Assembly: GCF_000150275.1 (NCBI RefSeq)
Contig: NW_002060949.1
Location: forward strand, 3,354,449-3,418,448
Direction of reading: 5' to 3'
DNA: 64,000 bases
DNA from: Trichoplax adhaerens
Lineage: Eukaryota > Animalia > Placozoa
This document shows positions 1 to 11,513 of this stretch, in pieces. The notes beneath the pieces were generated by a model, which was not told where the DNA came from, did no database searches, and was given only the letters and a program-made list of their open reading frames with translations. The translations under genes and the position numbers were made by a program. Positions within the stretch are counted from its first letter, which is position 1; every line of letters starts with the position of its first letter.

Positions 1-2815
1 TGACCTTCGTTAGTAAAAAACGGGTAGCCAGTTCGAATTAGATAGGATTTTCTGTATAAATCTATATTGTTTTAAATAAGGCATGTTATCCCTGTAATGG
101 ATCCAGCCTTGTTCAGTGGCTGAGTATTTCAGGAAAGAAGTACAGTAGTAGTAACCTAATTTTAATGCCAGTATATGTAAAGCTAAGGCATACAATAAAC
201 CGTATTGAGAAATAAAAGCTGATAATTAAAACTCTTCAGTCAATCTGAATGGCATAATACTGGATTTCTATTTATATAAATACTTTCGTATCTGGTAAAC
301 TAGTTCGCAGTCGATGGCTGTAATTTCAATGAAAGGAACGTAAAATGCTTCATTTTTGTAATATGTAAAGCTGAAAGTTATTCTATGGATGTTATTGAAG
401 AATTGTGAGCATTGCGCTATTTACTTCTCAGTTATATTCCTTTCATTAAATTATATGAAAGAAATAGTCTTGCTAATAATGGTATCCTACTAGGAAAGAA
501 CATACAGACAGTTTTATTCGTCATTTGTAGTCGAATTTCATCGCTATAAAGCTGGAATACATTCTGAGTTGAACAGTTTCACGTTGCATTTTAAATTCAT
601 ATCTTTTTTGGGGTACTCTTTATAAATTAGGCGTCATTAAATTACGAGTAGATTTAAAAGATGTTATAGACTTACAATGCCCTGTACTTTATTCGCTATT
701 AATGGTCTATTTGCAAATGATGCACAATTTCTTATGGAAACTCTATATAATCAATCCTTCTCTAAAGTGCTTAGCTTCATCCATTACCGGTAATGCCTTA
801 TAGTGTGTCTATACGACTTATTTTTCGAAAATTCTGGACAAATCATATTTTTTGCTAACATTACGGTAACGTTAGCTCTAACGATGTTGTTGGCATTGCT
901 GTTTAGGTCATTCTATGATTAAAGGCTAAAAATCGAATACTTGGTGTTGATTCCATACAAATATCGGAATATTTAATTAACGTAACACCAAAAGGATTAA
1001 TGTAACATTAGTATAAATTTTTAATAGCTAAAGGAAGTATGATGGTCTTTAACTTTTGATAGTCACACTACAGAATTTCTTCATAAGGCTACTTATAACA
1101 ATAAAAACGGAAACACAGTTTACAGCGGTTACAATGTTAGAGTAAATTCTAAAATTTTTAGTTTTCATCTTGACATTAGATCGAATAGCTTTGAAATGTT
1201 TTCAGTTTATTCCATAGAATTTTAATGCTTAAATTTTAGGATCATTTTCTAGCAGCAGAAAACGGGTTGGTATTGCTGGTAATTTTTAGATTACACTATC
1301 AGAATTTACTGCCCAAAATCACTGATAGTTTTCAGTAGCATTAAGGATAGGATTACAACTGCCAATTTTGGCTATAAAATTAAGGTTAAAATCATTATTC
1401 GGAGTAGTTGCAATAACGAAAAATAATTTCGATTTGCTATGATATTAAAGTGATTAAATCATACAGATTGAATATTTTCAGATTATTTCAATTAATATTT
1501 AGCATCTCAAATCAAATCCACACCGTTTTCAGAAACATAAAATAGTGACCAATATTAAGACTATATTATCATAAACGGTATTATAACTTCTTACAATAAC
1601 GGACCAAAGAAAACTTCTAATTTACTATAGCGCTAAAGCAATAATATTGTACCGACTCAGATATTTTCTGATTCATTAGGATATAAATTTCAAAACTATA
1701 TCTTAAAGCAATCCTACTTTCTGCTATAAAAAATTGGATCGTTGTGATCATTGAGCTGAAATAAAGGAACAAAGAAAGTTATTAATATCATTTATCACCA
1801 TAAGAATAGATTTCCATATACGGAATATCCTTGCAAAACTTTTTAAAAAATAACATATTTTCATTCTAGCAGCATTGGCTATAGTACAAATAACGCTATT
1901 ATACCGATTGCAAATGTAAATACTTTAAGAAAGGCAGTGAAAAATTAAAAATTTTCCTTCAATGCCCGACATTTTTCAAAATGTGAATTATTTACTTGAT
2001 CTATTGTCCGCTAGGCGAGTTTCTAGTATGCATTAGCTAGTCTTTAACGTGTTCATCGAGACTTTATCAACCTATACACTGGCTAATTGATCATGAGGAT
2101 ATTTGATTAATTTAATTTTCTTTTTGCTGATTAAATATTATGACTGACCCCGTGGCGACCCGCGAATACTTATGGATAACTGAACACGCATGTCTAAAAT
2201 TCTCAATTTATAATTAAAATTGAGCAAAATCTTTTATTCCAAATTTGTCAAGAATAAAGAAAAGTGCTATTCATCTTGACTGGATTTAAATTGATTGAAG
2301 CGATCACTGAAAAGAAAGTAACTCTTCAAAATTGTTGGCTATCAACATTATTAGAAAGACTAAAAATAAATTATAACGTTCCAGCAATATTTCAACTTCT
2401 TTACTAAATAGAAAAGTAAAGTACAGTATTTTTGATTCTTATTTTTAGATTTTATTTTCTCCTAACTAATATCAAGTTGATTTCTAGTTTAGAACTATCA
2501 CATAGCTTATAATCATCCTTATCGATTAAGATTTGGATAAGGAAAATAGGAGTTAATTACCCTATACGTATCTATTCAATTTTGATCTATTTCGAATCTA
2601 CTGCAACGGTATTGAAGTTCTAATAAACTGCGCACTTTCGGTTTGATCTACTTTACAAATTTGATATAGTGATCATTTTCTGATTAAATTATTGACTAAC
2701 GAAGAGATTTTCCTGTTTACTGATAACACGACAGATTAAAGATTACTTTATTTTACAATAGAAATTGAAGATTTAAGTTTAAAATAGCGAAGATTGACAA
2801 TCTTAAAATGTTAAC

Positions 2816-4189
2816 ATGCTGTTAAGACATCAAAACCCCGCTAAGGTTATTTATAAGGCAGTCCAGTTTCTCCTTGCGGTAATTACTGTTGCAGCAAGCA
2901 TACGTGCTGGGACTCCAAATATCGTGAAGGAAGGTGCGGACACATTGGTCAACAAAAATACTCATATTCCTACAGATTTACTTGGCAAGAAATGGTCTTA
3001 TGTAACTGTTAGACCAGGTGTGCATATGTTTTGGTGGTACTATCCATGCAGAAACAGTTTCAAGACCAAAAGCCAACAAATACCATTAGTGATATGGTTA
3101 CAAGGTGGGCCAGGAGAAGCTGCTAGTGGTATGGGAAATTTTTTAGAAATTGGTCCGTATGATATGCATTGGCGTACTCGAAATACAACTTGGGCCAATA
3201 AAGTTCATTTATTATTTATTGATAGTCCTGTAGGGACAGGCTTTAGCTACGCTGATGATTTATCGTTATATGCACGAGATGAGCACCAAATTGCTACCGA
3301 TTTATTCTCAGTATTAAGAGATTTCTATAGCGCAGTACCAGATATGCATCAATTGCCCTTGTACATCTTTGGCCAGTCCTACGGTGGTAAAATGGCAGTT
3401 TCATTTGCATCTTTACTAACGCAAGCCATTGCTGATACTAGAATCCAATGTAATCTTACTGGAATCGGCCTATTCGATCCATTAATATCGCCTATAGATA
3501 CTGTGACATCCTATATTGATTATTACAAAGCTTTCTCTTTAATGGATGACAATGAAGCTAAATTGGCTCATGAATACGTTTATAAAATTACCCAATTAAT
3601 TAATAAACAACAATTTGATCAAGCATCCACAACTTTAATACGATTGCTTACGTATATCGTAGATGCTACTGGTCTAGTTGATGTCTATAATGTACTTCGA
3701 CATGTTGATCATAATCCATTTACACCATCTCATCGTATCAACAATAGTAGTGAAGAAGTATTATTATCACAATTGATGAATGGCCCAATAAGGAACGCAT
3801 TAGGCAACATACCTCAAAATTTAACCTGGTATCCTGGCAATGGTCAAGTCTATCAAATATTAGGAAACGACATCATGCAATCAGTTACCGATAAAATAGA
3901 TGGCCTACTAAGTGATAATATAACAGTTGCTGTCTTTACTGGCCAATTTGATGGTTTAACTAATACCATCGGCACACAAGCATGGATAGATAAACTAAAG
4001 TGGTCAGATTTGTATCAATATCAGCAAATTGATAAAGTACCAATATATGATCAGGATAATATCATAGCATTTACTAAGAGCTATAAGCAATTTTCCTATC
4101 ATTGGATACTAAATGCTGGCCATTATGCAATTAGAGACGCTCCTGATACTACATTTACACTTTTCCAAAAAGTTATTGGTGTTCTTTAA
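2816..4189 (+). CDS. SCPEP1: Serine carboxypeptidase, S10 family (SCPEP1/RISC-like), intronless, 457 aa
   Basis: Single ORF with N-terminal hydrophobic signal and motifs HMFWWYY, WLQGGPG, GNFLEIGP, LLFIDSPVGTGFSY, nucleophile GQSYGGK, acid GQFDGL and NAGH. WLQGGPG and HMFWW are typical of SCPEP1. Confidence 0.9.
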   Translation: MLLRHQNPAKVIYKAVQFLLAVITVAASIRAGTPNIVKEGADTLVNKNTHIPTDLLGKKWSYVTVRPGVHMFWWYYPCRNSFKTKSQQIPLVIWLQGGPGEAASGMGNFLEIGPYDMHWRTRNTTWANKVHLLFIDSPVGTGFSYADDLSLYARDEHQIATDLFSVLRDFYSAVPDMHQLPLYIFGQSYGGKMAVSFASLLTQAIADTRIQCNLTGIGLFDPLISPIDTVTSYIDYYKAFSLMDDNEAKLAHEYVYKITQLINKQQFDQASTTLIRLLTYIVDATGLVDVYNVLRHVDHNPFTPSHRINNSSEEVLLSQLMNGPIRNALGNIPQNLTWYPGNGQVYQILGNDIMQSVTDKIDGLLSDNITVAVFTGQFDGLTNTIGTQAWIDKLKWSDLYQYQQIDKVPIYDQDNIIAFTKSYKQFSYHWILNAGHYAIRDAPDTTFTLFQKVIGVL

Positions 4190-5744
4190 TTTGCCGATTT
4201 ATTATTTAAATGCTGATTGATCATTATTCGTTATGGGATAGATCCGATAACCTCATCAATTGTTAGCAAGATTATACACTTTCAAGTCCGTTAGAAAAAT
4301 AGATTGTATTCTTGATTATTTCTGTCTCTCATTTATACTTTCTCAAAGGAGATGACTTGCATAATTCTTTATTCCGCCCTTTGATTGATATTTTAAATTA
4401 TGATGTTTTTTCTGAAAGTTACTATACCTCACTACAAAGTACAATTATATTAGATACAGATTATTATGCAGCTACTATGTAGCTTAAATAATATTCTTGG
4501 CCATAAACTCAACTATGTACAACTTTAGTCTAATGATTGCGAATATCCTTATTGATATGCTTTCTTTACAACTTACAGCTTCTTAAGTAGGATCTAATCT
4601 AATTTCAAAATACGAAATAGAAGAAAATATTGTCACTGTGTTAGTTGGTATATTGGTTAATTACTATGGAGTAGCACAGATATGAATGATAATTTTACTT
4701 AATTTTATGTAGGCTGTCGTTGCGCTAACAAGGCACTAAAAAATTGGAATTGTAATTGCTTGCTTTCCCGAAATCATTACTATAGGAAGTATTACGCAAA
4801 ATCATAATTATTAAATATTATTAACGACTTAGATCAATTACTGCTAGAGTAATAATATCTGGATTTCATTCGTTATAAAGTAACTGTCATATTTTTATAC
4901 ATGGTGTTGTAGGGCTTTAATTAAAATGGGAAGACTGACTTTACAGTAATAAATAAATAACTACATTTAATTAATATACATATATAGCCATGTTATAAAG
5001 AAATAAGTTTAAAACTTTCCCTAGATCTAGGCTACATAGTGATCAAAATTAAAACTTACTTCATGTGTTAAATATGTATTAACTACCGCTACAGTAATTG
5101 CAAATTAAATTATATTTATACCTACACTGCTTGATGTTGGCTACATTCTGAAACTAAGCATTTATATTAATCTTTGCGTCAGCATTTGCAAACTCTACGA
5201 CGCAAGGATTTTATTGACAATATGATAGTAACTTTACAGCAAGACTATATTAAACAAAACTCTACAGCAATATTATATTCAAGAATCAGGTCGTCCACGA
5301 ATAATGCTGAATTACATTTGTGTATAATGCTTAAGTATATAGAAAGATATTCGACGGATAATATAAGTATAACAGAATATAATTTTAGTAGGAAGCCTAA
5401 TAGCATAATTTAGAATGATCGTAATTTAAAGTCGCATTCTTTCCCTAATGTAGAAAAATGAGAATAATTTACTATCAAATATATTATATCACATGGCATC
5501 AGATTTAATTGATAAAAAGCGCGATTAGATAATGCTATCCTTTGTAGGAATATACTGTATATGTCAGGTCTGTGAGTAATTAATGATAGAATACTCGGCC
5601 ATAAAATATTGGCCAAATTAAATATTATCAAATCATATAGATACATACAGTCCACGACAGTTTTATACAAGTAAGCTTCTATAAAGGAAGGCTGTATAAC
5701 ATTCTTATTGCTATGAATACGTAACACAAAATCTTTCCGTGATT

Positions 5745-8700
5745 TTATCCCTGAAATAAGTTGACTCGATTACAATCGGTTGTTCCATTGTTTTTCGGTG
5801 ATTCTTGCACCGGTGCGAGACTACTGCCCGTTTGGGTTTGATCATCACTAGGACTTTGTTCTACACCAGAATCCACACTATTGATATATAACGTATTGAA
5901 TGTAAATTAGTGCTAAATTTATGTCATATCAATAATTTAATTCAGTTGGAGTCCAGCAAATATATAAATCATACACACTTTGTCGTGTGACCAGCAATTT
6001 CAGTGTCTATAAATTTATATAATTCAGATGTAGAGGGAGTCTTGATTTTGTAGCGATCGTAACTAGCCTTTCCGGCAACCGGTGTGGATAAGTCTTACGA
6101 AAACGATTTTGAAAATGATTTTATAGCTTCAATAACTTAAATTGTTCATAGCATAATGCAAAAGTACAACATAGCATTAAAAGCTGACGTATTTTAATTA
6201 TAATTACTTTATATTAATAATAGTCCCATACCTTGTGATTTCTCAAATGATAGAGGAGATGCACCAATTTGTGCCTCTAATAAAGCCACTCGATCACTTT
6301 CGAATTCTTTTCGCTAACCAAATATAAATATATCATCAGCTAATCATATCGATATAGTAAAAATGTAAAGGGAAAGCTTGAAAATTTATTTTATTACCTC
6401 GCGGTTTAATTTAACGGCAGCTTCTGCCACAAGAGCCCTTTCCTTCTCAAGAGATTCCTTCTGCTTTCGTAATTCAGCCTTTAAATTCTCGACCTCCTCC
6501 TTCTCTGCATATAAAAGCGACTCATTCTGGAATAATAACAATATATCTAAAATGAGTTAATGCTAATTAAACTATCGATTTCAAATTGTACACGAAATTA
6601 AAAATTTACCAAGACATGGGTATCGTTCTTGATATCACTCTGAGCATTTTGGAATTCCTGCAGTTGTATGTAACATGATATTATATTGTAAAAGATTTTA
6701 AGAAATTGATAATAGCATCATAAAAGATCCTTGACGTACATGAATAACTTTGTCTCGTTCCGATATTTTTAATAAACATTCCTGCAATTCCAGTTTTAGA
6801 CTATCGATTTCATTCACATTGGCATCTAAATTTTGACCAGCAGTGTCTTCAAGAGAGAGTAAATAAGTTTAACGTATTAAAAACATTAGAAGTATTTATA
6901 GTGATTGCCATCAATAAAGACTGTAATTAGTAATTAGAAGAAACCTATCGTTTGTTTAAGGGATGACAAAATAGCTTTATCAAAGTTATCCCACATATTC
7001 TGGAGAGTAGTTTCAATAGCTATAAATGAAAGATTCAAGATGTTAGAATCAAGATCAAAATTGTAACTAAGACTGGTATGTTATGGCAATTCACTTACAA
7101 TCCCTTGACATCTCAAGTGGTAATTGAAAAATACCGTCAGGTAAAATATTTGGGTCCAACTGCTGCAAATTTTCGTCTGCAGCTTCTGCAAGATTGTGCT
7201 GAAAGAAAAGCGCACTTTTACTATTTGCTCAAATCACATACATAGACGATGATGATGCTACCTTTCCTTCGAATTTCCATTGTAGTCGTACTAAATTGCT
7301 ATATATACTATTGGCAAAGTCCCGATAAGTACTATTTTCCATTATCAGATCCTACGTCAAAAAGTGTTAAAATTAGTAAAAGTAAATGCCTTTATCTCAC
7401 ATTTTGAATCCTATAAAAATTTATAGCTTACTTTTACTTTATCTTCGTATCCACACACGATTGATTGGTACATTTCTTCATCATCCCTGTACAGTAGGAA
7501 TAACATTACAACTTAAAATAACCCGATAAATGGACTTAGAGAATGACATAATTTGAATACTGGTAAAATTATCGTTCATACTTAGCCTTGGTCTTCCATA
7601 CAGCACGTTTACCGTTAGGATTCTGCAGTGAGTTTAGAACATCCATGCCAGCTTTTTTTGCTTGATTTTTGTCTGACATGAACTGAGTTTGATTAAAGAA
7701 TGGCCGTATATTTTATAAGATTAAATATTGTATCGTGATTTGATATTAATTTTTGAATGAGTAGAAGTCATGTCATATCTTACGACGTTTAATCTCTCTT
7801 TTAGTCTTGTATTAATTTTTTCCATTTTATTCATTTCCTTTTTTTGCTGATTTTTTATATACTGTACGTTGCTTCTTAATTTCTTCAGCTTTAATCAATT
7901 TCATATAAGAATGAAAATGTAAGATACTCGTATATACATGCAGTAGTTCATAATTACATGTGTACAGTATATACGTGGACATTACAAAAATGATCGGAGA
8001 TTAAATTTGAATCAAACCTTGATCAATATTAAATATGTGACAATGCGTAGCTCAAAGAATTTTAATAATTGAAATCTCCATACCTCATCCTTTTCACCTT
8101 TTAATTTACTATTCAACGACTTAATTTTCTCTTCTAACTGTCGATTTTGCTCGCTAATGCTTTGATTTTCTCGCAACGATTTGTCGAGTTCGTCCTATTG
8201 CAACGAAAAGTCAGTATAAGAACTAGCACGATAGTGTAATAGATTTTATTAAGTTACGGGTAAAAACATGGTAACTACGTCAATCAGCAGCAAAATCGGA
8301 GCATGTCTACAAAATGAAATGTTTGATTTTGTGCATACTAACCAATAAACAGAATTATCAGTATCTTTACCTTGTATAGTTTTTGACTTCTTTGAGCGGT
8401 TTGCATATCACTATTGCTTCGCAATAGTCTGAAATTATTAAGACGACGAACTTTTTTAGTGCAATAGATGGTAGTGCATACTCTAATTATCGAAGCGCTA
8501 GATACTTAAGTTAACACATGATTACAGTATTAGATCGACATTCGCATAGGTGCAGCGTGGAATAAATCAATATAGGAATAAGTAATATGATTATAGATTA
8601 AATTGCATAATTATGCATTTAGTAACCTCATACAGTAATAGGATATATGACATGTCATAGGAACTTGACTAATAATTAATTGTATTATTTATATATTATT

Positions 8701-9291
8701 ATCGTTACTTGTCTTGGAGATCTTCTCTAATTTTCATATCATGACGATGTTGTTGTAGTAATACATATAAGTGATTCAATAATTCAATGGTTAAAGTACG
8801 CGAATTTTCTGATGACGTTTGTAGGGCCTGAAATCCATGTACTTGTAATTCCTAGAAAAGTGTATTAAAATGGAGAATTAATCTTATTACCCTAACCTAT
8901 CCATGAATATCATCCTTATCAACTGTATTACAATATATATCAAAGAAAATCTTATGTAGCTGGAAGCCTAAAAGAGGTCAAACTGTATCAATTTGAAAAA
9001 TACAACTCATTTAATGAACAGAATAGTAATAGTTCTGAGGCACTACTGTACTTTATCCATGAACAAGTGAGACACTGCAGTATCAGCAGGTACGGTTTCT
9101 AATGGAAATAGCTCAAGTTTAGTCATGCTAAAGTAATTTGTACACTGAGTTACGTTGTAGTGATTCCTAGTTAAGTGATGATAAAATTTCATCCATACCT
9201 GGTTCATATACGTTATACAGTCGTTAACGTTATCATCACCGGAACAAAACCGATTTTCTTTTTCTTCTTTTAATGCATAAAATGATTCCAT
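5745..9291 (-). CDS. SSX2IP: SSX2IP/ADIP/Msd1 centrosomal coiled-coil protein, multi-exon
   Basis: Spliced exons give MESF...RFCSGDDNVNDCITYMNQ|ELQVHGFQAL...LIELLNHLYVLLQQH (about 8709-8851), ...KKEMNKMEKINTRLKERL (about 7783-7890) and KKAGMDVLNSLQNPNGKRAVWKTK (about 7582-7680). These resemble vertebrate SSX2IP FCTEDNIEQSISYLDQEL and [21 protein letters not shown]. Last exon ends VNLFQG* at 5745. The start codon is a best guess. Confidence 0.8.
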
Positions 9292-9946
9292 GTTTGTTGT
9301 TTCAAGTTCTTCCTTTACCGAAATACGTGTGTGATTCAATTGCGAGTAAACTACGATCGAGTAATATAGTATGTTATCAATTTCACCAATGATATCTAAT
9401 TTACGCTATCGAAGACAATACGCCTTTGACTTTACTATTCTGTGCCAGTCAGCAAAAGGTAGATACGTATTTAGCAGCAACTAAAATAAGTCCGGTTATG
9501 ATTGATTACAAATCAGCACCAGAATATTCGAGTTCAAGGCGTGAAAAATAACAAGCGAACATTTAACTTTGATACGTCGATGAATGCACAGTCAGTTCTA
9601 GCCTTGATTCATCGAATAGTAAGTATCCAGTACACTTCCTAGTGCTTCTAATCGAAAATCCGACAGGCTCTTAGTGTAATAAATCATTTACAGTTAATAA
9701 TATTCTTCCTAGTTTGCTGGTTGTGAGTGATGCAGATTAATTGATTTATTTACTAAATTAGCAACCGTAACAAATTTGAAATATTGCAAACCGATGTTAC
9801 GGATATGCGCATGCTCGTGTCAGGTCGCTAAGTAGTTGTTTTCGTCTACGATCATGTATCCGCTGGTGCATTCTCTATGACGTTATAGCCAGTTTGGGTA
9901 CTTTCCCTGCGAAGATGTTACGCCGTGTATACTGCATTACACGCTA

Positions 9947-10010
9947 ATACACGGTATACAGTAACTGTAATCACTCGGCCATCCACCAGTACTGTACTAG
10001 CGTACAGTAT
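9947..10010. promoter_or_regulatory. Short TACAG/CTGTA cluster upstream of SSX2IP
   Basis: tatacagtaactgta...cagtactgtactagcgtacagtat. Same motif family as the larger arrays at the other housekeeping promoters; lies 5' of SSX2IP. Confidence 0.5.
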
Positions 10011-11513
10011 GGAAAGTATCGAGCTAGGGGTCAAAAGGGGGCGCGCACCATTGTTAGCCATGTTTTGAAATTTTTCCTTCGCAATCTATAAAATGTCTCT
10101 TGCTCGATGCTTTACTTTGTCGTGTCTGTAATAAAATTCATGAGCCAACAGGAATAAGCTTTCTCCACTTCATATATGGATATGCAAAAAGTGACGCATG
10201 AACTAGTATTTTCTCCTTCAACAGCAGACGGCATGACTGCAGTAGAATGAAATGTCGTGTTTTCATTCCACAGCTCTAAACAAAAAGGAAAACTGCTCTT
10301 CTAAACGTTACATTATGCGAGTATATAACTAATTACTTGAAGACGGAAAGCTTCAAGTATGTAGTCTACTTTTTGTTGGAAAGCTCGTTTGCATGCCCGT
10401 GATAGGATGTGACTAGTTCAATATTATTCTCGGAGGCTCACGTAGATGCAGGAAGGAGTCAATGATTGTGAGTATAGGAATATGCATTAGTTTTTGATTT
10501 CATCTTCATTCAGCGTTGAGGTGCAACCGCGATAGGCACTCATCCATTTACATTTTATCTTACACTTGGATCAGTATAGTCAATTCTTGGGCTTGTAGTA
10601 TTGGAAATATGTCTGTAAATGTAGAGTTAACCGTAGAGCACATTCACATTCGGCTTGAACTAACCAATTTAAGATAAAAATAAAAAGTGTATGTCTTTTC
10701 CTTCTATCATTCTCAACTTTCTTTAGCAGAACAGAGTTGCTCATTTACTCCTATTCGATTTAAACTCCTAATGAAATTAATGAAAACTACAATGCGGGTG
10801 CCATCTGAATACAGTATAATAAACGTACAGATTACTTTGGTCTAAAAGCGGAATCATTCCTTTCAGATTTGTTAACCTTGTCACTATAGCGGATGCTATA
10901 TAAAAGCTGTAAACACATTTAGATAATTGAAGTAATTTTTTCTAGTTAATGCATCGTAGATCGAACCTCTGACACCCCTAATGCATCCTACCCTAAGATA
11001 TATGTAGATAGCAAAAAGTACCGCAGGAGACATCTATTAAATCTTTAGAATTTATCACGGGTTTGTAACAATACTAGAATGCCTTTGCAATGATTCAGTA
11101 ATGAAGCTGAAAGTAAGTTTAAAATAAGTTTAATAAATGTGAAAAAAAGATAATTTAGGTTGCTATATAGGTCCAAAAGGTATATGGGCTTGAGGTTTAT
11201 TTCTAAACTTCCATAAACTTTTTTTATTTCTAAAAGACCAAATTTTCGATCAATTTATCATCATTTAAAGAAAATGAATATCATAATTTTCTCTGCATTA
11301 AATTGGCATGTACGTAAAATATGAACAATCCGAGGTACATCTTCTCGTAAAATAATGATTCTGTGTGATTCTTTATGTAAATGCTTGTAACTTTGAGGCT
11401 CTATCAGGCATGATACATAACTCCGAGCTTGCAGCTCGTTCGCAAGACCATCATTTCGAATCTTATAGTGCATTTGCCAGAGCATTGGAAGAAACGAAAG
11501 CAAACTTTTGATA

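Noticed and set aside
1-920. Coding-like stretch (61-aa minus ORF; interrupted plus-strand frames ending in a hydrophobic segment)
   Set aside because: Stops in all frames and no recognisable motif or consistent splice chain. Could be a decayed gene but cannot be supported.
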